A stretch of 64,000 nt of DNA, from contig OZ038378.1 in the NCBI GenBank assembly GCA_964036045.1, positions 806,001 to 870,000 of the forward strand, read 5' to 3'. The DNA comes from Eutreptiella sp. 'Long Island Sound 2002' (Eukaryota > Protista > Euglenida). This document shows positions 1 to 12,721 of the stretch, piece by piece. A program made the position numbers and the translations under genes. Numbering within the stretch: the stretch's first letter is position 1; every line of letters starts with the position of its first letter. Under the pieces are notes generated by a model, which saw nothing but the letters and a program-made list of their open reading frames with translations, had not been told where the DNA came from and did no database searches.

Positions 1-490
1 TGGAGAAGGGGGCCGTGGAAAATGTGCATAATTGAATTTGACAGGATGACAGTAGGTCTGGCAACCCAATTGTCCGGTGAGGCCCGTAGTTCGGGTCTGA
101 TGTGCGCTTTGTACCGCCGTCTGGCGCTAAGACGTTAATCCTGCATACTAGACTTAGCGTGAAGTTGATATGTGTAATGCAATGCATGCAAAATGGACCA
201 CATCCAATATGTTCTGTGTGTCCAATGTGCATGGTGTGTTTCAGTGTGCATGGAGTTCTATTTTATTCCGTGTGTTAACTATATGCCAAATTTGCTTCAT
301 TTATTGTGACGAGCCGGGCAATGAGCCCTTTTGGCCGATAGAACTATGTTTTCCCACGGGTTTTTGTGGGCCATACACTAGGGGTCACGGCCCATGCACT
401 ATGGTTTTTACCTATCTTGGCCCACTGCCGCATCACTTGCTTCTATCTAAGCGTGGGTGGTGTGGGTGGGCTGGGACAGAGTGAACCCCA

Positions 491-784
491 GGGGGCGTTT
501 TCGCACAGCGCGCGCACAGCGCCAAGTATTACGTTGTTTATCCTGGGAACACCCCTGAAAACCACCCACCTACAGAAGCGTCCATGATCCATTCAAAACA
601 GCATCAGGGGTGCAGAATTCAGGACCCTGGGACCCGTGGCAAGCATCAGACTAAAACAAAAAATCCCTGGTGTACCAGCAGAGGCTGTAGGGTGCAGAAT
701 TCAGGACCCTGGGACCTGTGGCTACCGGTGGTGAAAAACAGCCGCCAGTTCGCACAGCGCGGGCATAGCGCGCGGTGCGCCCCC
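491..784. mobile_element. Non-autonomous PIF/Harbinger-like element, 294 bp
   Basis: Ends GGGGGCG...CGCCCCC; CCA on both flanks (488-490, 785-787); CGCACAGCGC-type 10-bp repeats just inside both ends in the same orientation; internal 35-bp direct repeat (about 606-640 and 689-722). Confidence 0.6.
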
Positions 785-995
785 CCATGGTCAAAATCCA
801 GGAAGCTGGAACACAAATAGTTTCAAAATCCCAAAATTCAAAGTCCAGGAAACTTGAGTACACGCTGCAAAATCCCACAACACACACAAGCAGGTGCAGC
901 ACAAATCAGGGCGGTCCTTAACGGGAAAGAAAAAAAAAGTGTTCCGGAACCAGGTTTCCCAAAAAAGCCCGCGGGCACTCCATGTGCTCAACCAT

Positions 996-1174
996 GGTTG
1001 GTGGCGGTTGGCGGTTGGCGGTTGGCGGTTGGCGGCGGTAGGCGGCGGTTGGCAGTTGGCAACTGGTGGTTGGTGGCGGTTGGCAGTGGTTGGGAGTTGG
1101 CGGTTGGTCGCCGCTGGGGGTTGGTGGCGGTTGGTGGCGGTTGGTGGTTGGCGGCTGGTGGCGGTTGGCGGTTG
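996..1174 (+). repeat. G-rich tandem repeat of GGTTGGC / GGTTGGTGGC units
   Basis: Directly visible mixed 7- and 10-bp units; a degenerate AACCCTAACCC follows at about 1249-1261. Confidence 0.9.
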
Positions 1175-1722
1175 ATGAAAGTTGCAGAATCGTGGTCCCC
1201 AATCAAAAAAACATCCGTCCACCAAGTCGTGCATGCTGCTGCTGCCCCAAACCCTAACCCAAGCCCAAACTAATCGCTCCGTTGTACCATGGCAGCATTG
1301 AGACAAGCTATCAGAAAACACCACAAATGGGTAGAGAAGATTAAATGGCAAAGCAACAATGCTAGGGCACACATTGCATCAGAATTTGCCAGCATATTCC
1401 AAATAATTGTAATAGAATCGCAGTCTAGTCTTTCCTGAGAAGCGACATGATCACGTGTATCCCGGCCTACTCAGTGGGAGCCACAAACGGCCGCTCCAAT
1501 AGACGAAGCCAATAAATAAAGCACGACAAGAAAGGAAGTAGGCTTTTTGTTTCAAGAAACTCCAATGGCACCAGCGGTGCACTGTGTACAACAAGTACAA
1601 ATCACTTCAATTCACAAGCAGGTGAGACAAGGTGCCGTTGGCAAGGGCATGCAACAAAGTTGTGCCCAACACCAAACCACAGTCAATGGATCCTGCAAGC
1701 CCACTTCTTCATAGACAATTGA

Positions 1723-2557
1723 GGGGGAATGGTTGCCCGGCGCGTGCCCGGCGCGCTACTTTTTTATTAACTATCCCGACTTCAGCCCCAGATTTAGCCT
1801 CTCATGGAGAAGCCCCCCAAGTAGACCACGTTGCGCTGCACACCTTCCCTACAAAGCACGTTGCATAATAAAGCAATAGCTGTGAATTCAGCAACTCCAA
1901 CTGTCATCTGTATTGTACTTAACAAACAACATTGGTCCTCCAAGTGTGGGTGTCAATACATTCAGTACAATAGTGCTCCTTACCCTCATCACACTGCGAC
2001 GGTGGAGCGCTTCTGGCAACACAACACACACACTTCTGCCTCATCCTCTGCCTCATCTTGCGTGGCGGCCGAGTTGCTTTGGTCAGTCCAAACATGAGGC
2101 GGGACATGCTCCCATGGTCTGTAAGGAGGTTGTCGGACTTGCCTCCGGATGCAAAATTGTGTAAAATGCAACAAAATACGGACTGACTAGTGCAACTCAT
2201 TGCCGCCACGCCAGATGTTCCTAACCAAACCCCAATGCCACAACCAAGCAAACCGAGCACATCATTGTAACATTGTTGGCGGGCTGTCAAAGTACCATTC
2301 TTTCTTCCAATGAATGGCACAATGACATGAATCCGGCCTTTATAAGCACCATCATGGCCCCCAACTTCGAAATCAAAGAAATCACCTTGGGTACGAGAAG
2401 GTCCATACCCATCTCAAATCAAAACATCTGCTGATGTCCCGGGGGCCAAGGGGCAAATCCATATAATGTTGCCCAACATATCACCGGCAACAATCCACCG
2501 GTGGGGCACGGGTCACAGAAGATGCCCGGCGCGCGCCCGGCGCGCTAACGTTCCCCC
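1723..2557 (-). mobile_element. Internally deleted PIF/Harbinger-like transposon with transposase remnant
   Basis: Termini (GA)GGGGGAA...TTCCCCC(TC); subterminal GCCCGGCGCG dimers at both ends; internal minus-strand frame 1919-2320 contains RQQCYND...CCILHNF, resembling the C-terminus of DDE_Tnp_4/Harbinger nucleases. TSD not intact (TGA versus TCT). Confidence 0.65.
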
Positions 2558-2781
2558 TCTGGGCGCACCGTGCGGCAGCTCCCTCAATGCACCCCGTGGG
2601 GAGTCACTTGATGAAAAACAGATCTGAAGCGTCTGCAAAGGGGCTGAGCAGGAAAGTGGTCGGCGGTGACAAAGCAGTGGGCAGAGGTTGCGAGAGTACG
2701 CGTTTCATGTGGCAGAGGGTGTTGTGCAGGGACCCCCTCCCCCCGCCGCCCCAGCAACTCTCTGGTGCACTCTCGGGCAGC

Positions 2782-3296
2782 ACACACCATTCAGTGAGCA
2801 CAAAGGTTGGTCTCATGGGCAAAACCAACACACTTCGACCACTAGATTGCAAAAGCATGCACCAGCCTGCCCTCCCATTGAAGTCTCCCCCACTCAACAC
2901 TGTGGGTCATGCCAACATATGCAGTCTAGTGACACCCCACAAAACCCTCGTACACCATGGGTGATGCAAATACGTTACCCCTTTACAGACTAGGGCTGAC
3001 ATGTTGCGAACCATCCTGGCCCACTCAGCTATACCCTGTACCTCGGCAATTTGCACGCTGGTTGCAGAGAAATACCGTATACGCCACATGAATTCAGAGA
3101 ATTGCAGCTCTGAATTTAAGCCAGCTGGCCAAGTTCAAAGCACCCACGGTGGGTGGGTGGGGGGGGGGGGGGGCGGATGGCACCGCCCAACCGTAACACT
3201 TCAAACACTTCAGCTGTGCATGCAGCATTTGCTGCACTCCTGAGACATTGACCTTGTACCTGGACACAAGTGCTTCCAAGGGGCCCTGCCAAATGC
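2782..3296 (+). repeat. About 515-bp duplicated segment, copy 1 (copy 2 at 6029-6541)
   Basis: Near-identical sequence from ACACACCATTCAGTGAGC to CCCTGCCAAATGC at both places. Confidence 0.92.
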
Positions 3297-3480
3297 GTTC
3301 CAATCTTGGGGCACCCAGGAAGATCCTGACCCACACTCGACCCCCGGCCTTGAAAGTGAGCGGGGCAGTGTGCAGGGCAACCGTCACGACATTGGGGGGG
3401 ATATTACAACTTGGGGGGAAGGTAGGAGTCAGTCTCAATGAAACCCTCGCTCTCACTGTAATCATGAAGCGGGGCGTTGG
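3180..3480 (-). pseudogene. Decayed LTR-retrotransposon integrase C-terminal (GPY/F-like) fragment
   Basis: FKAGGRVWVRIFLGAPRLERIWQGPLEALVSRYKVNVSGVQQMLHAQLK resembles the Ty3/Gypsy pattern F.VGD.VW...KL..KW.GPY.V...VH...LK; no other pol domains seen. Confidence 0.45.
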
Positions 3481-4279
3481 TACCATCTCTGTGGGACACG
3501 TATGGCTTAAGCCGATCAACCAACTGCAGGTGCATTGCAGTCTTTTCCAAATCTGCAATGTGTTCCTTCAGCGACATGTAAATGGATTCCCATTGGATCA
3601 AATCATGCACCTGTTGCTCCACTATGGGTCATATCAAATCCAGTACATCTGAAAACAGATCGCCAAGCACAGACCTTGTTGGGCAGAAACTCTGTAAATT
3701 AGTAAGACAGGAACAGCGTGAGAAATTGGGGACAACACTCCAGCCGAATTTCACCAACGGTGTCAGTCTGGAATCAGAATTTCAGCAACAGTGTCAGTCT
3801 GGAAGCAGAATTTCTGCAGCAGGCTCAGCAGGGGCCCAGAATCTTGGCAAGCACAACCATGCATCCTGAACGATGGAAATTGGCAACAGCACAAGCTGCG
3901 GAGTACCGCCGGCCGAGACCGCCACCGAGGATTTCAGCCTAAAATTCGGCCGACACCGCCGGGCGGCGGTCCGGCCGGCCGAACTACCGGCTCGTTCCGA
4001 TACACCCCCCACCCCATGTGCCTCTTGAAAAAGGAAAATCCCCCTCTTAGGCCCCTTAAATAACATTACTGCTGCGGTGCGTGAAAAATGTAAGTCGTGT
4101 ACAAAAAAATCGTCACGTCGTGTAATTTTTTTTTGCGGTAAATGCGTGTGACGGGCTTACGCGACAAAAAAAAATGACACAAATTACAACATACACGCTG
4201 CATACGCATCAATATGATTGACATTCATGGCTGAAAATGGCGAAAAACTGAGTGTTCTGCATGGCACAGGGTACAGTGA

Positions 4280-5400
4280 GGTGCCTTGGATCCAAGGAAT
4301 TTGAAACACAGAGCAATGCACCAATAATACTACCTCGTCCAACCAGCAAACACACACAAGAACCCGCTTTTTTTTTTTGGTGGCATGTGAAATACTTTGG
4401 ATTCGGCATGTCTGGCAATAAGCGTGTGTAGCAGTCCCCAAGAAGGGCTGAAGTCACGGGGCGCACATGGACATTTGGTCCAGAACTATCTACGTTGTCC
4501 ATCTTGTGACCTGTACCCCCCTTGTACAAGAAACACCTCCGCGCGACGGTTCCCTCACACACCCCGAGGGAACGTACCCCAAGTGACGGTTCCCTCGCCC
4601 CCCCGCTTACTATGCAAGGGATGCGCGACACGAAGCAGGACAGGGCATATGAACCACTGAACGACCTGAAAAAGGCCTGTTAACATGCATGCTTAGGTCC
4701 ACTGAGACACATGCTGTGTGTGCCACCTGTTCTGGCAGGAGTATTCGACTTTGAAGAGCTGCACATGCTCAACAGGGACCGCCTGAACTACTGAAACACC
4801 TCAAAACTGCTGTCTGAGATCCATGTTCAGGTCTGTTGAGGTACAGGCTCTCTGTACCACTTTCTTTGGTGAGAGTAGTTGACTTTGAAGAGCTGGGCTC
4901 TCCAGCTGCAGGCTTGGCTGCAGGCTTGGCTGCCGCCTTGGCAGCAGGTTTAGCAGGAGGTTTGGTGGCAGACTTTTTGGACCAGGGTTCGCAGCCTTGG
5001 GAGCAGGCTTGGCAGCCGGCATGGCAGGGGAATCCAACCCCTGTGGCAGGTTTTTCTGGCTCAGGAATGTCACGCGTGAAATACAATTTCCTATTGGCAA
5101 AAACATTTGCCAATCCCAATACTCCATGCGCACTCTTTGCCAACACAATCTCAGTGTCTGATCCACTGTCTACTTCAACATTCCTTGGCAAACCACTGTC
5201 GACAGAAATCAACAATGACACATCAGAATATCAGTGCCTTGGATGCAAGAAATATGGAGAACACAGCAATGCACAAATGCTACTACTTTGTCCAACCAAC
5301 AAACACGCGGGAGAAGCTCAATATGGAACTTTTCTGCAAATTTGGTAAAGCGAAAGTGACGGTTCCCTCGCCCCGCCCCCCTGCACTTAGTATGCAAGGG
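4280..5400 (+). repeat. Two diverged copies of a repeat module (about 4280-4620 and 5235-5400)
   Basis: Shared GTGCCTTGGATxCAAG...GTCCAACCAxCAAACAC and AAGTGACGGTTCCCTCGCCCC...TATGCAAGGG. Confidence 0.65.
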
Positions 5401-5446
5401 CGTTTCTTGTACAAGGGGAGGGGGGGCGGGTGTGGCTTCATACGGC

Positions 5447-5850
5447 TAAGGTGTGTCCCCAAGACAAAAGTGCTTCCACACTTTGTACTGTGATACTTTT
5501 GGGATTCAATTGCTGTTGTACACAGAGGACTGCGTGGTACGACTTGAGTCTGACCCATCACAACCCTCTGTTGGTGCAAAACTTTTCTCTGACAGGACAA
5601 TAGTGGTGAACAGACCACCTGCACAGATGCAAAGCAATGGTTGTGGCTGAGAGGCGCCCGTTGTGTGCCCTGGAAAACGCCAAAAATTTACCGTATCCCA
5701 TGGGGCCCTTTGCCTCACAACGCACACGCCAAGGTGTGTCCCCGAGACACAAGTGCTTCCACACTTTGTACTGTGATACTTTTGGGATTCATTTGTTGTT
5801 GAACATAGAGGACTGCGTGGTACGACTTCAGTCTGACCCATCACAGCCTC
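5447..5850 (+). repeat. About 120-bp direct repeat (5447-5565 and 5731-5850)
   Basis: AAGGTGTGTCCCC...GTCTGACCCATCACA present twice with few mismatches. Confidence 0.85.
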
Positions 5851-6028
5851 GTGCTTTGGAGTGCAAGCCAATTGAAAAGGCGGGGTGGGGGAGCGGGACA
5901 AGCCGTGAGCACGCTGTGCATAGCTGTGCATAGCCGGGTGGGTCTGGAAATGCAGGCCTGTATGTGAAAAATAAAGCTATTTGAAAGTGTACAAAAGTAC
6001 ACAATCCAAGATGGTATCCGCACACGAA

Positions 6029-6541
6029 ACACACCATTCAGTGAGCACAAAGGTTAGTCTCATGGGCAAAACCAACACACTTCGACCACTAGATTGCAAA
6101 AGCATGCACCAGCCTGCCCTCCCATTGAAGTCTCCCCCACTCAACACTGTGGGTCATGCCAACATATGCAGTCTAGTGACACCCCACAAAACCCTCGTAC
6201 ACCATGGGTGATGCAAATACGTTACCCCTTTACAGACTAGGGCTGACATGTTGCGAACCATCCTGGCCCACTCAGCTATACCCTGTACCTCGGCAATTTG
6301 CACGCTGGTTGCAGAGAAGTACCGTATACGCCACATGAATTCAGAGAATTGCAGCTCTGAATTTACGCCAGCTGGCCAAGTTCAAAGCACCCACGGTGGG
6401 TGGGTGGGGGGGGGGGGGCGGATGGCACCGCCAAACCGTAACACTTCAAACACTTCAGCTGTGCATGCAGAATTTGCGGCACTCCTGAGACATTGACCTT
6501 GTACCTGGACACAAGTGCTGCGAAGGGGCCCTGCCAAATGC
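6029..6541 (+). repeat. About 515-bp duplicated segment, copy 2
   Basis: Matches 2782-3296. Confidence 0.92.
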
Positions 6542-6750
6542 CAAGTTAAAAGCGGCACACTGTCCCGCTCACTTTCAAGGCCGGGGGTCGAGTGTGGGTC
6601 AGGATCTTCCTGGGTGCCCCAAGATTGTAGCGCATTTGGCAGGGCCCCTTCGAAGCACTTGTGTCCAGGTACAAGGTCAGGGTCTCAGGAGTGCCGCAAA
6701 TTCTGCATGCACAGCTGAAGTGTTTGAAGTGTTACGGTTGGGCGGTGCCA
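6423..6750. repeat. Fold-back: 119-bp inverted arms (6423-6541 / 6632-6750) with 90-bp spacer
   Basis: TGGCACCGCC...CCAAATGC is reverse-complemented by GCATTTGG...GGCGGTGCCA with only a few mismatches; about 6554-6750 is an inverted copy of about 3179-3373. Confidence 0.9.
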
Positions 6751-6762
6751 TAAAATCGGAAT

Positions 6763-7250
6763 CAAGCACCAACGGTCCCCAAGAAAATTTTGGCTCGCTG
6801 CAGCATGCTGCGGCATGCTGCGGCATGCTTCAAGCTGTTGGTTAAGGGTACCATCATTTCCCGAAAGCGGCACAGGTTTGTGATGCCTCGGTAGTTTGAG
6901 CATCTGCAGGACTTGACATGTCAAAACAACACCAAAAAACCAAAGATCTGTGCAACAATAGAGAGGAACTGACAGGGAAAAAATTGCCCTTTCCGGGAAT
7001 GGAACCCAGGACCCTAAAATCTGGAACACAGACCACTGAGCTACTATCCAGTTCTGAGACGTCTGTGCAACAAAGGGTTCACAGGTTTGACATGTTATGA
7101 AAAAAAAAGTCCGCCATGTGAAAATTTTGGCTCGCTGCGGCATGCTGCGGCATGCTGCGGCATGCTTCAAAACCCCCACCAACAGCTCCCAGAATCTGGC
7201 GCTGCGGCATGCCGCGGCGTGCTGCGGCATGCTGCTGCCGTTGGTGCTTG
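6763..7250. mobile_element. MITE-like element with 13-bp TIRs and (GCTGCGGCAT)n subterminal arrays
   Basis: CAAGCACCAACGG (6763-6775) and CCGTTGGTGCTTG (7238-7250); three arrays of the 10-mer; no TSD found; followed by GTTAGGGTTAGG. Confidence 0.55.
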
Positions 7251-7269
7251 GTTAGGGTTAGGCCAAGCG

Positions 7270-7718
7270 GCTCCCGCAGACTCTTTCCGCATCAACGAGG
7301 GGCGGCCTGGCTGGTGTCCACGCAAGCCGGGGGGGCTGTGGGCGGATGTTACGACGGGGAGCCGCCGGAAGGAGGCGTTGCAGGGGACGGGCGAGGGGGG
7401 CAGTGGCAGCGCGGGCGGCACCTCATTCCAGCCTCTCCCGCCGCAGGCTTCCACCGACGTGAGCGACGTCTCGGAGTCCTGCATGGGGCGCCGCTGCGAG
7501 GGTGGGCGGTTCCGCTTCTGGCGGGCCTGCGCCAGGATGGGGCAGGCCTTCACGGACATGCCCCACAACACCTCGGACTGCCACCGGACGTGCTGGATCT
7601 GCTCCTGCAGCTTGCGGTCCTTGGGTGTTGTAGGGGCCCGGGGCATGAGGTATTGGTCCGACCCAGTGATCTGGAGGAGGAGGGCAATGTACGAGGAGGG
7701 GGCATGCGCGGGGCTGTG
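7270..7718 (-). CDS. Probable exon 4 (C-terminal region) of the membrane-anchored MAP3K-like kinase; 3' boundary uncertain
   Basis: Pyrimidine-rich tract plus CAG acceptor at 7719-7721; phase-0 join SKQ|HSPAHAPSSYIALLLQ...; GC3-rich codons; the frame stays open to a stop at 7167 inside the adjacent repeat. Confidence 0.6.
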
Positions 7719-10043
7719 CTGGAATGGGGGAAGGGGGGGTGGGGGTGGTGATACCTAATGAAGGTGACCTAAGCGAAGGTGTAGGTGGACCCTTTCGTAG
7801 ACAGACCCTGCTCACCACCGCTACCTCCCAAGAGCTACCCGCTTGCACCCACTCACAGGCACATGACTTCAAAGTGACAAAGAGGGATGACACCAATAGA
7901 TGCGAGAAACGAAATGCAGTGTCAGACTGAGAACCTACTGCATTTATGCTTTTCGGAGTGGAGGGGCGGTGGGGGGGAGGGGGTTTGGCATGAAACCTGC
8001 AGTGGATAGATGTCTGAGGCTGCTGGCGCCCATTAGCCTCGCCACTTACTCTTGCCCTTCCCTTGAACCCTCTCCCTCCGTAGGTTGCGGTGCCCATCGG
8101 CCTCTCACCGACCAGTGCCTTTGCTCTCCCGGTGTGGCTTATCCTTACCTCCCTACACACCATTCCTTTCCGTTGGTCCATTGTGCCAATGGAGCCCCTG
8201 GGCCGCCCCTGCTTCAGGGAGTTTCAGTCGGTGTCTGTTAATTGACACCGACCAAATGGTATCTACGCTCCTAAAATCCCAGCACTCAACGGCAAAACAG
8301 CTTTGAGCACAGTACATGGGCTGCAGCCATACAAAGTGCCTTGGCTGACCTGCACCCCCCCCCCCCCCCTGCACATCGCTTGGATCAAAAGACACACTGA
8401 TTTTTTGCGTAACGAAATCTGTGGTCATTTTTCCAAGTGGGCTATGAATGCCCTGGTGTTTTCCCCTAACCTGCTGTCCCCTCCCTCCTTGGGTAGCGTC
8501 TCTTTTCATCATCTTCCAATGGTTCATAAACTTAAAATCCAATACTTCCGACTTCAGACTCCAGATTCCAGCCCATTCCCATAACAATATTGCCATGACC
8601 CTAGCTTTGATTTTTACAATCACTCTTCCAGGTTTTTAGGTCTAAATTCGCAGTGGGGTGTTGCAAGGTGCACAGATACCAGTGGAGCAACAATTTACAT
8701 GATTACCTCTGCCTTAGATGCCAGCAAACTCACTCCTATGATGATCCTGCCTCACTTTTTGCACGGCCCTCGATGACCATGTCCAGGCCTTCATTCAACT
8801 GTGGGGTACCCTGTTTGCTCCGATTGTGTTGCACTTTGGTGCTCTGACCTTACAAAGGTTAGGATCGCCGCAACTTTGTTCGTACTCTGATCCCCAAGTC
8901 TCTGTGGACGGTCCTGGTTTAGCCAATTTCAGGTTCCTCTGCTTCTGAGCATCGCCAGCACCTTAACCAAGCGTTAGTCGATCGCCTGGCACCAGAAACA
9001 TCGGCAGTGAGCTCGGCCCACAAATGGCTTCGGCAGAACCCGCTTGGTTGGGACCCTATCCTGTGGGCGCACCACTTGTCCGCGATCAAACCCTTCTCGA
9101 TCTCCCATGGACAGTACAGCACCTCAGTGGAGACCTCCCCCCTCGTGCAGGGCATCGTCCCCCCGCCTCCTCTCCCCACAAAACCTTTAGCTCGCTATCC
9201 CTGCAAGCACACGTAAGAAGACTCAGCCAAACCCAAAGTGCCAGTTCCACAGAAAAAGAGTGACCTGCGCCCTCAAAAGAAACAGTGAACCCCCCCATGT
9301 CAGCCCTCCCCTTTGCCCATCGCCCGTCCCTCTCAATCCAATTCTTATAATAAACGCCCCAAAGGACGTCACTTAGACCCCCTCCCAAAGAACCAGCCAT
9401 CCATCTCTTGGGCCACGGCAAAAAGCCCCCACCCAGACCCCCCCTTTTGCACACATCCCCTCCGCCCAAAGCACCGTCAAACTCGCCTCCCTTTTTCCCG
9501 CCACAAGCAATCGACTCCAAAAAACACCTGACCATCGGCAGTGTTGCCCACACACTCTCCCAGTGTCCGCTATTTCTTCCGCCCCGCTGTTCCTTCATCC
9601 CCTTCCAACTACCCAGTCACGCTACCCCCTCCAGAACCTCCACTCATTCCTTGAAGCCGCTCCGAAAACCCCTTCGTTATCTCTTTATGCCTGGCTTTCT
9701 TCTGCCTGCAATAGTGCAATCCGGCCTTCAGTGCACCTCACTCTTTCTTTAACCTTGCATGTCGATTGTATGTCCTGGCCTGTCCCTATATCATAGGTGC
9801 ACCCTTGTCTTTCTGTCCTTCAACACTCTGGGGCGGACATCAGCCCCCGAAAAAGTTGGTGCGTGACAGAAGGTAAAAACAAAAAAGCTGGAAGAGCCCT
9901 ACGGCGTCTTCATGGGGCACGGTGTATCAGACATGCCATTGCCCAGTGAGGCCCCCCATGCCGTAGTTCGCCCCGTTCCCGAGCCATGATCTGAGTCCAG
10001 GAGTAGGCACGGTCGAGGGCACGGACAGGGATGGGGGCTAGAC

Positions 10044-10693
10044 CTGCTTGCTGCCGGAAGGACCGCAAGACTGTGCCGTGCAGTACAATCGGGAGGATGT
10101 GGGCGGCCGGTCCACTTGAGTGGGAGACCCGGGCGGAGACGCCGCATCCGCTTCAGGGTTGAGTTGCGTGCGGGACGGTGTGCGGATCCACCGCGGCGAG
10201 GCCTGCAGAGCCTCCCCAGCGAGATCCTCGGGGTCTTCGTCGGCGTCCATGACAACCCACGGGTGGGCGAGCAGGGCCGTGCAGGTGGGGCGGTGTGGGG
10301 CCTGCACAGCGACACAATCAGAGATGAAGCTGCGGGTCAAGGGCTGGATGGTGTCCGGGACCTGAGGCCCGTCGGTGCAGGTGGCGATGTGGAAGAAGGC
10401 GGGGATGGGGTGCTCGAACTCGCGCTCGGCCCAGGGGAGCCGATTGGTGACCATCTGCAGGACGGTGCACCCCAGCGCCCAGATGTCGCAGGAGGTGCCA
10501 ATCTCCTCCTCCTGACACACCTCCGGGGCCATCCACAGCACAGTCCCCAGAGGGCGGGTGTCCTCTGAAGGGGCAAGGGACTGGTAGGAGCAGCCGAAGT
10601 CCGAGAGCTTGACTTCGCCCTTGTCTGAGACAAGGATGTTGGCCCCTTTGATGTCCCGGTGGATGATGCCTTTGTTGTGCAGGTACTCCAAAC
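10044..10693 (-). CDS. Exon 3 of STE11/MAP3K-like Ser/Thr kinase (subdomains VIb-XI)
   Basis: [21 protein letters not shown]...KLSDFG...[10 protein letters not shown]...DIWALGC...[12 protein letters not shown]; CAG acceptor at 10694-10696, GT donor at 10042-10043. Confidence 0.95.
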
Positions 10694-12721
10694 CTGCGGG
10701 TGCCAAGGTGTGCTTGAGGACTTGGTTATAGGCTTTGCTATCGACCTAATCAAGACTTACAACTAGGACTGAGCTGGGTCCTAGTCTTCCCCATTGCATA
10801 CGAAAACGCTGCGGAAGAAGAACAGCCCTCATTAGAGACACCTACAGGACACACTGGCCACCGTCTTGAATGTTCAGGGCAATGGTCCAGAAAACAGGCT
10901 GAAAAACGGCTCATTTTCACCTCAAAATGGACCACCGTATAGCACCAGGGCGTGGGAGATGTCTCATTGAACACCCATTTGCAACCATTTGATGCCCAAT
11001 CGCTGTGGAAGAAGAATGGCCCTCATTGGAGATGCCTACTTCACACGCTAGCGATTGTCTTGGACTCTCAGGACACCAACTCGGCTACAGAACGGGGTAG
11101 ACGGCTCAAAATCACATGAAAGTTGCTTGATGGTCATTTTTGAGCTACTGAGATGGCAGTTTCGACTGATAGTGTCCCCAAAACGACATTTTATGGGCCT
11201 GTTGCAGCTCGGTGCTGCTGCTAGAATACCTTGCTCACCCTGCACCCTAAGAAGGGTTGTAATACCTCCATTGGGAAACCCAACTCGTTAACCATAGTCT
11301 TAGATATAGGCTTTGATGTTGCTTGGGATATGGACTTCAATGGCATAAATGATGCAGTGTGTGGTCACTGGGTGGGCTTTGGGAGTGAGTATACCCCCCC
11401 TCCCCACGTGCATAGCCGCCTCTAGCTTTCAACAGCATTTCATCCAGGCGTCATGCCAATCCCCTGCAAACCGGGGGCAAAAACATGTTGTAGCAGCAGT
11501 ATGGATGGTCTCTAGGCCCCTGCGTGGTCGCAATACATGATCTCCGAAATGCGGCAAAAATTCGAAGCCCCCGGGACTTCGTCACTAGGTAGCGGGTGTT
11601 GGGACCACACACTAGGATCCAAGAGTTGTCTCGGTAGAAGAAAAACGTTATGTATACTCAGGGTGCTTGCACCTACAAAGCCGTCCCCTGCTTAGTATAT
11701 TTTGGTGTATGTTGTGGGCTAGGTGCTTGGTCTAGAATGCAACCCCGTGCCACACGCCATGTCCTTGGGACATCTATTGCTCAAGGAATGGACCAACACA
11801 TTGCAACTTCTGCATCTGTACAACAATCGCGCCGGACCGCAGCACAACACTATGCAATACCGCTGCAGGCATTAAAGGCAGCACTGGTTGCATCATGTTG
11901 CATTGATCCTATTTGCGATGAAACTAACTATGTCATTGTGCATTGGCCCACATGGTCACTGATGCAGAGAGCATCCACCAACACAGCCCGCTCGAATGGG
12001 AAATGAGGTGGCATAGCTTGCACCCTTTCAGCCATGTGTGGTGGCATGTAGATGGAGATCCCTAGTACTAGTCAATGACTTAGAGCTTCGCATATGACAC
12101 ACGTTACCCCCAGTCACAAGGTCCTACCATGTTGAGCAGCAAAAGGGGGATGGGGCTGACAGCCTCCCTCCTTGACAGCACTTTTGGCTTCCCTACCTTG
12201 TGCTTGCAGCCCCGGGCTGCCGTTGATAACGGTGTATGTGGTATGGGAAGGGAATAGATGGGGCAGGGGCCATCGATATCGGTAATTTCGGACACGCTGA
12301 TGTTTTGTCTACTTTTGGGGGGTCCAAAACAAGGGGGGGGTTATTTAAAAAAGTACCCCTAAATTTTGGGCCTTGGAGAAAAGGGGGGGGGGGGTTCTCT
12401 ATTGTACCAAAAGTGGCACGTAGAGCGGCAAATTCTGCCCGAAATCCAGACATACATGATTTCACCCAGTGTTCATAGCAAGATACCTTGGGCAAGGGCG
12501 CGGTGGCCTAAATGGGTAAGCATTTAGGAAGCGAGCTCCTCCACTCTAAGCCCTCACCAAGCTATAGAGCCGGTGCCTAAAGCCGGCCACACCCCCTACC
12601 AGGCCGGGGGCCGTTTCCTTAAAATCATTAGCAATGCAACCCACAGCCCCAAACAGACTGCATGCATTTCCCACCCCATATGTCTCCAACGAGAAAAGAG
12701 TGCAATTCATTGCGCTTCATT

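Noticed and set aside
791-1372. ORFs over the GGTTGGC array
   Set aside because: Open only because the repeat lacks stop codons.
4769-5221. Protein-coding gene with a KPAAK repeat
   Set aside because: No splice signals, homology motif or continuation identified; it lies between repeat copies.
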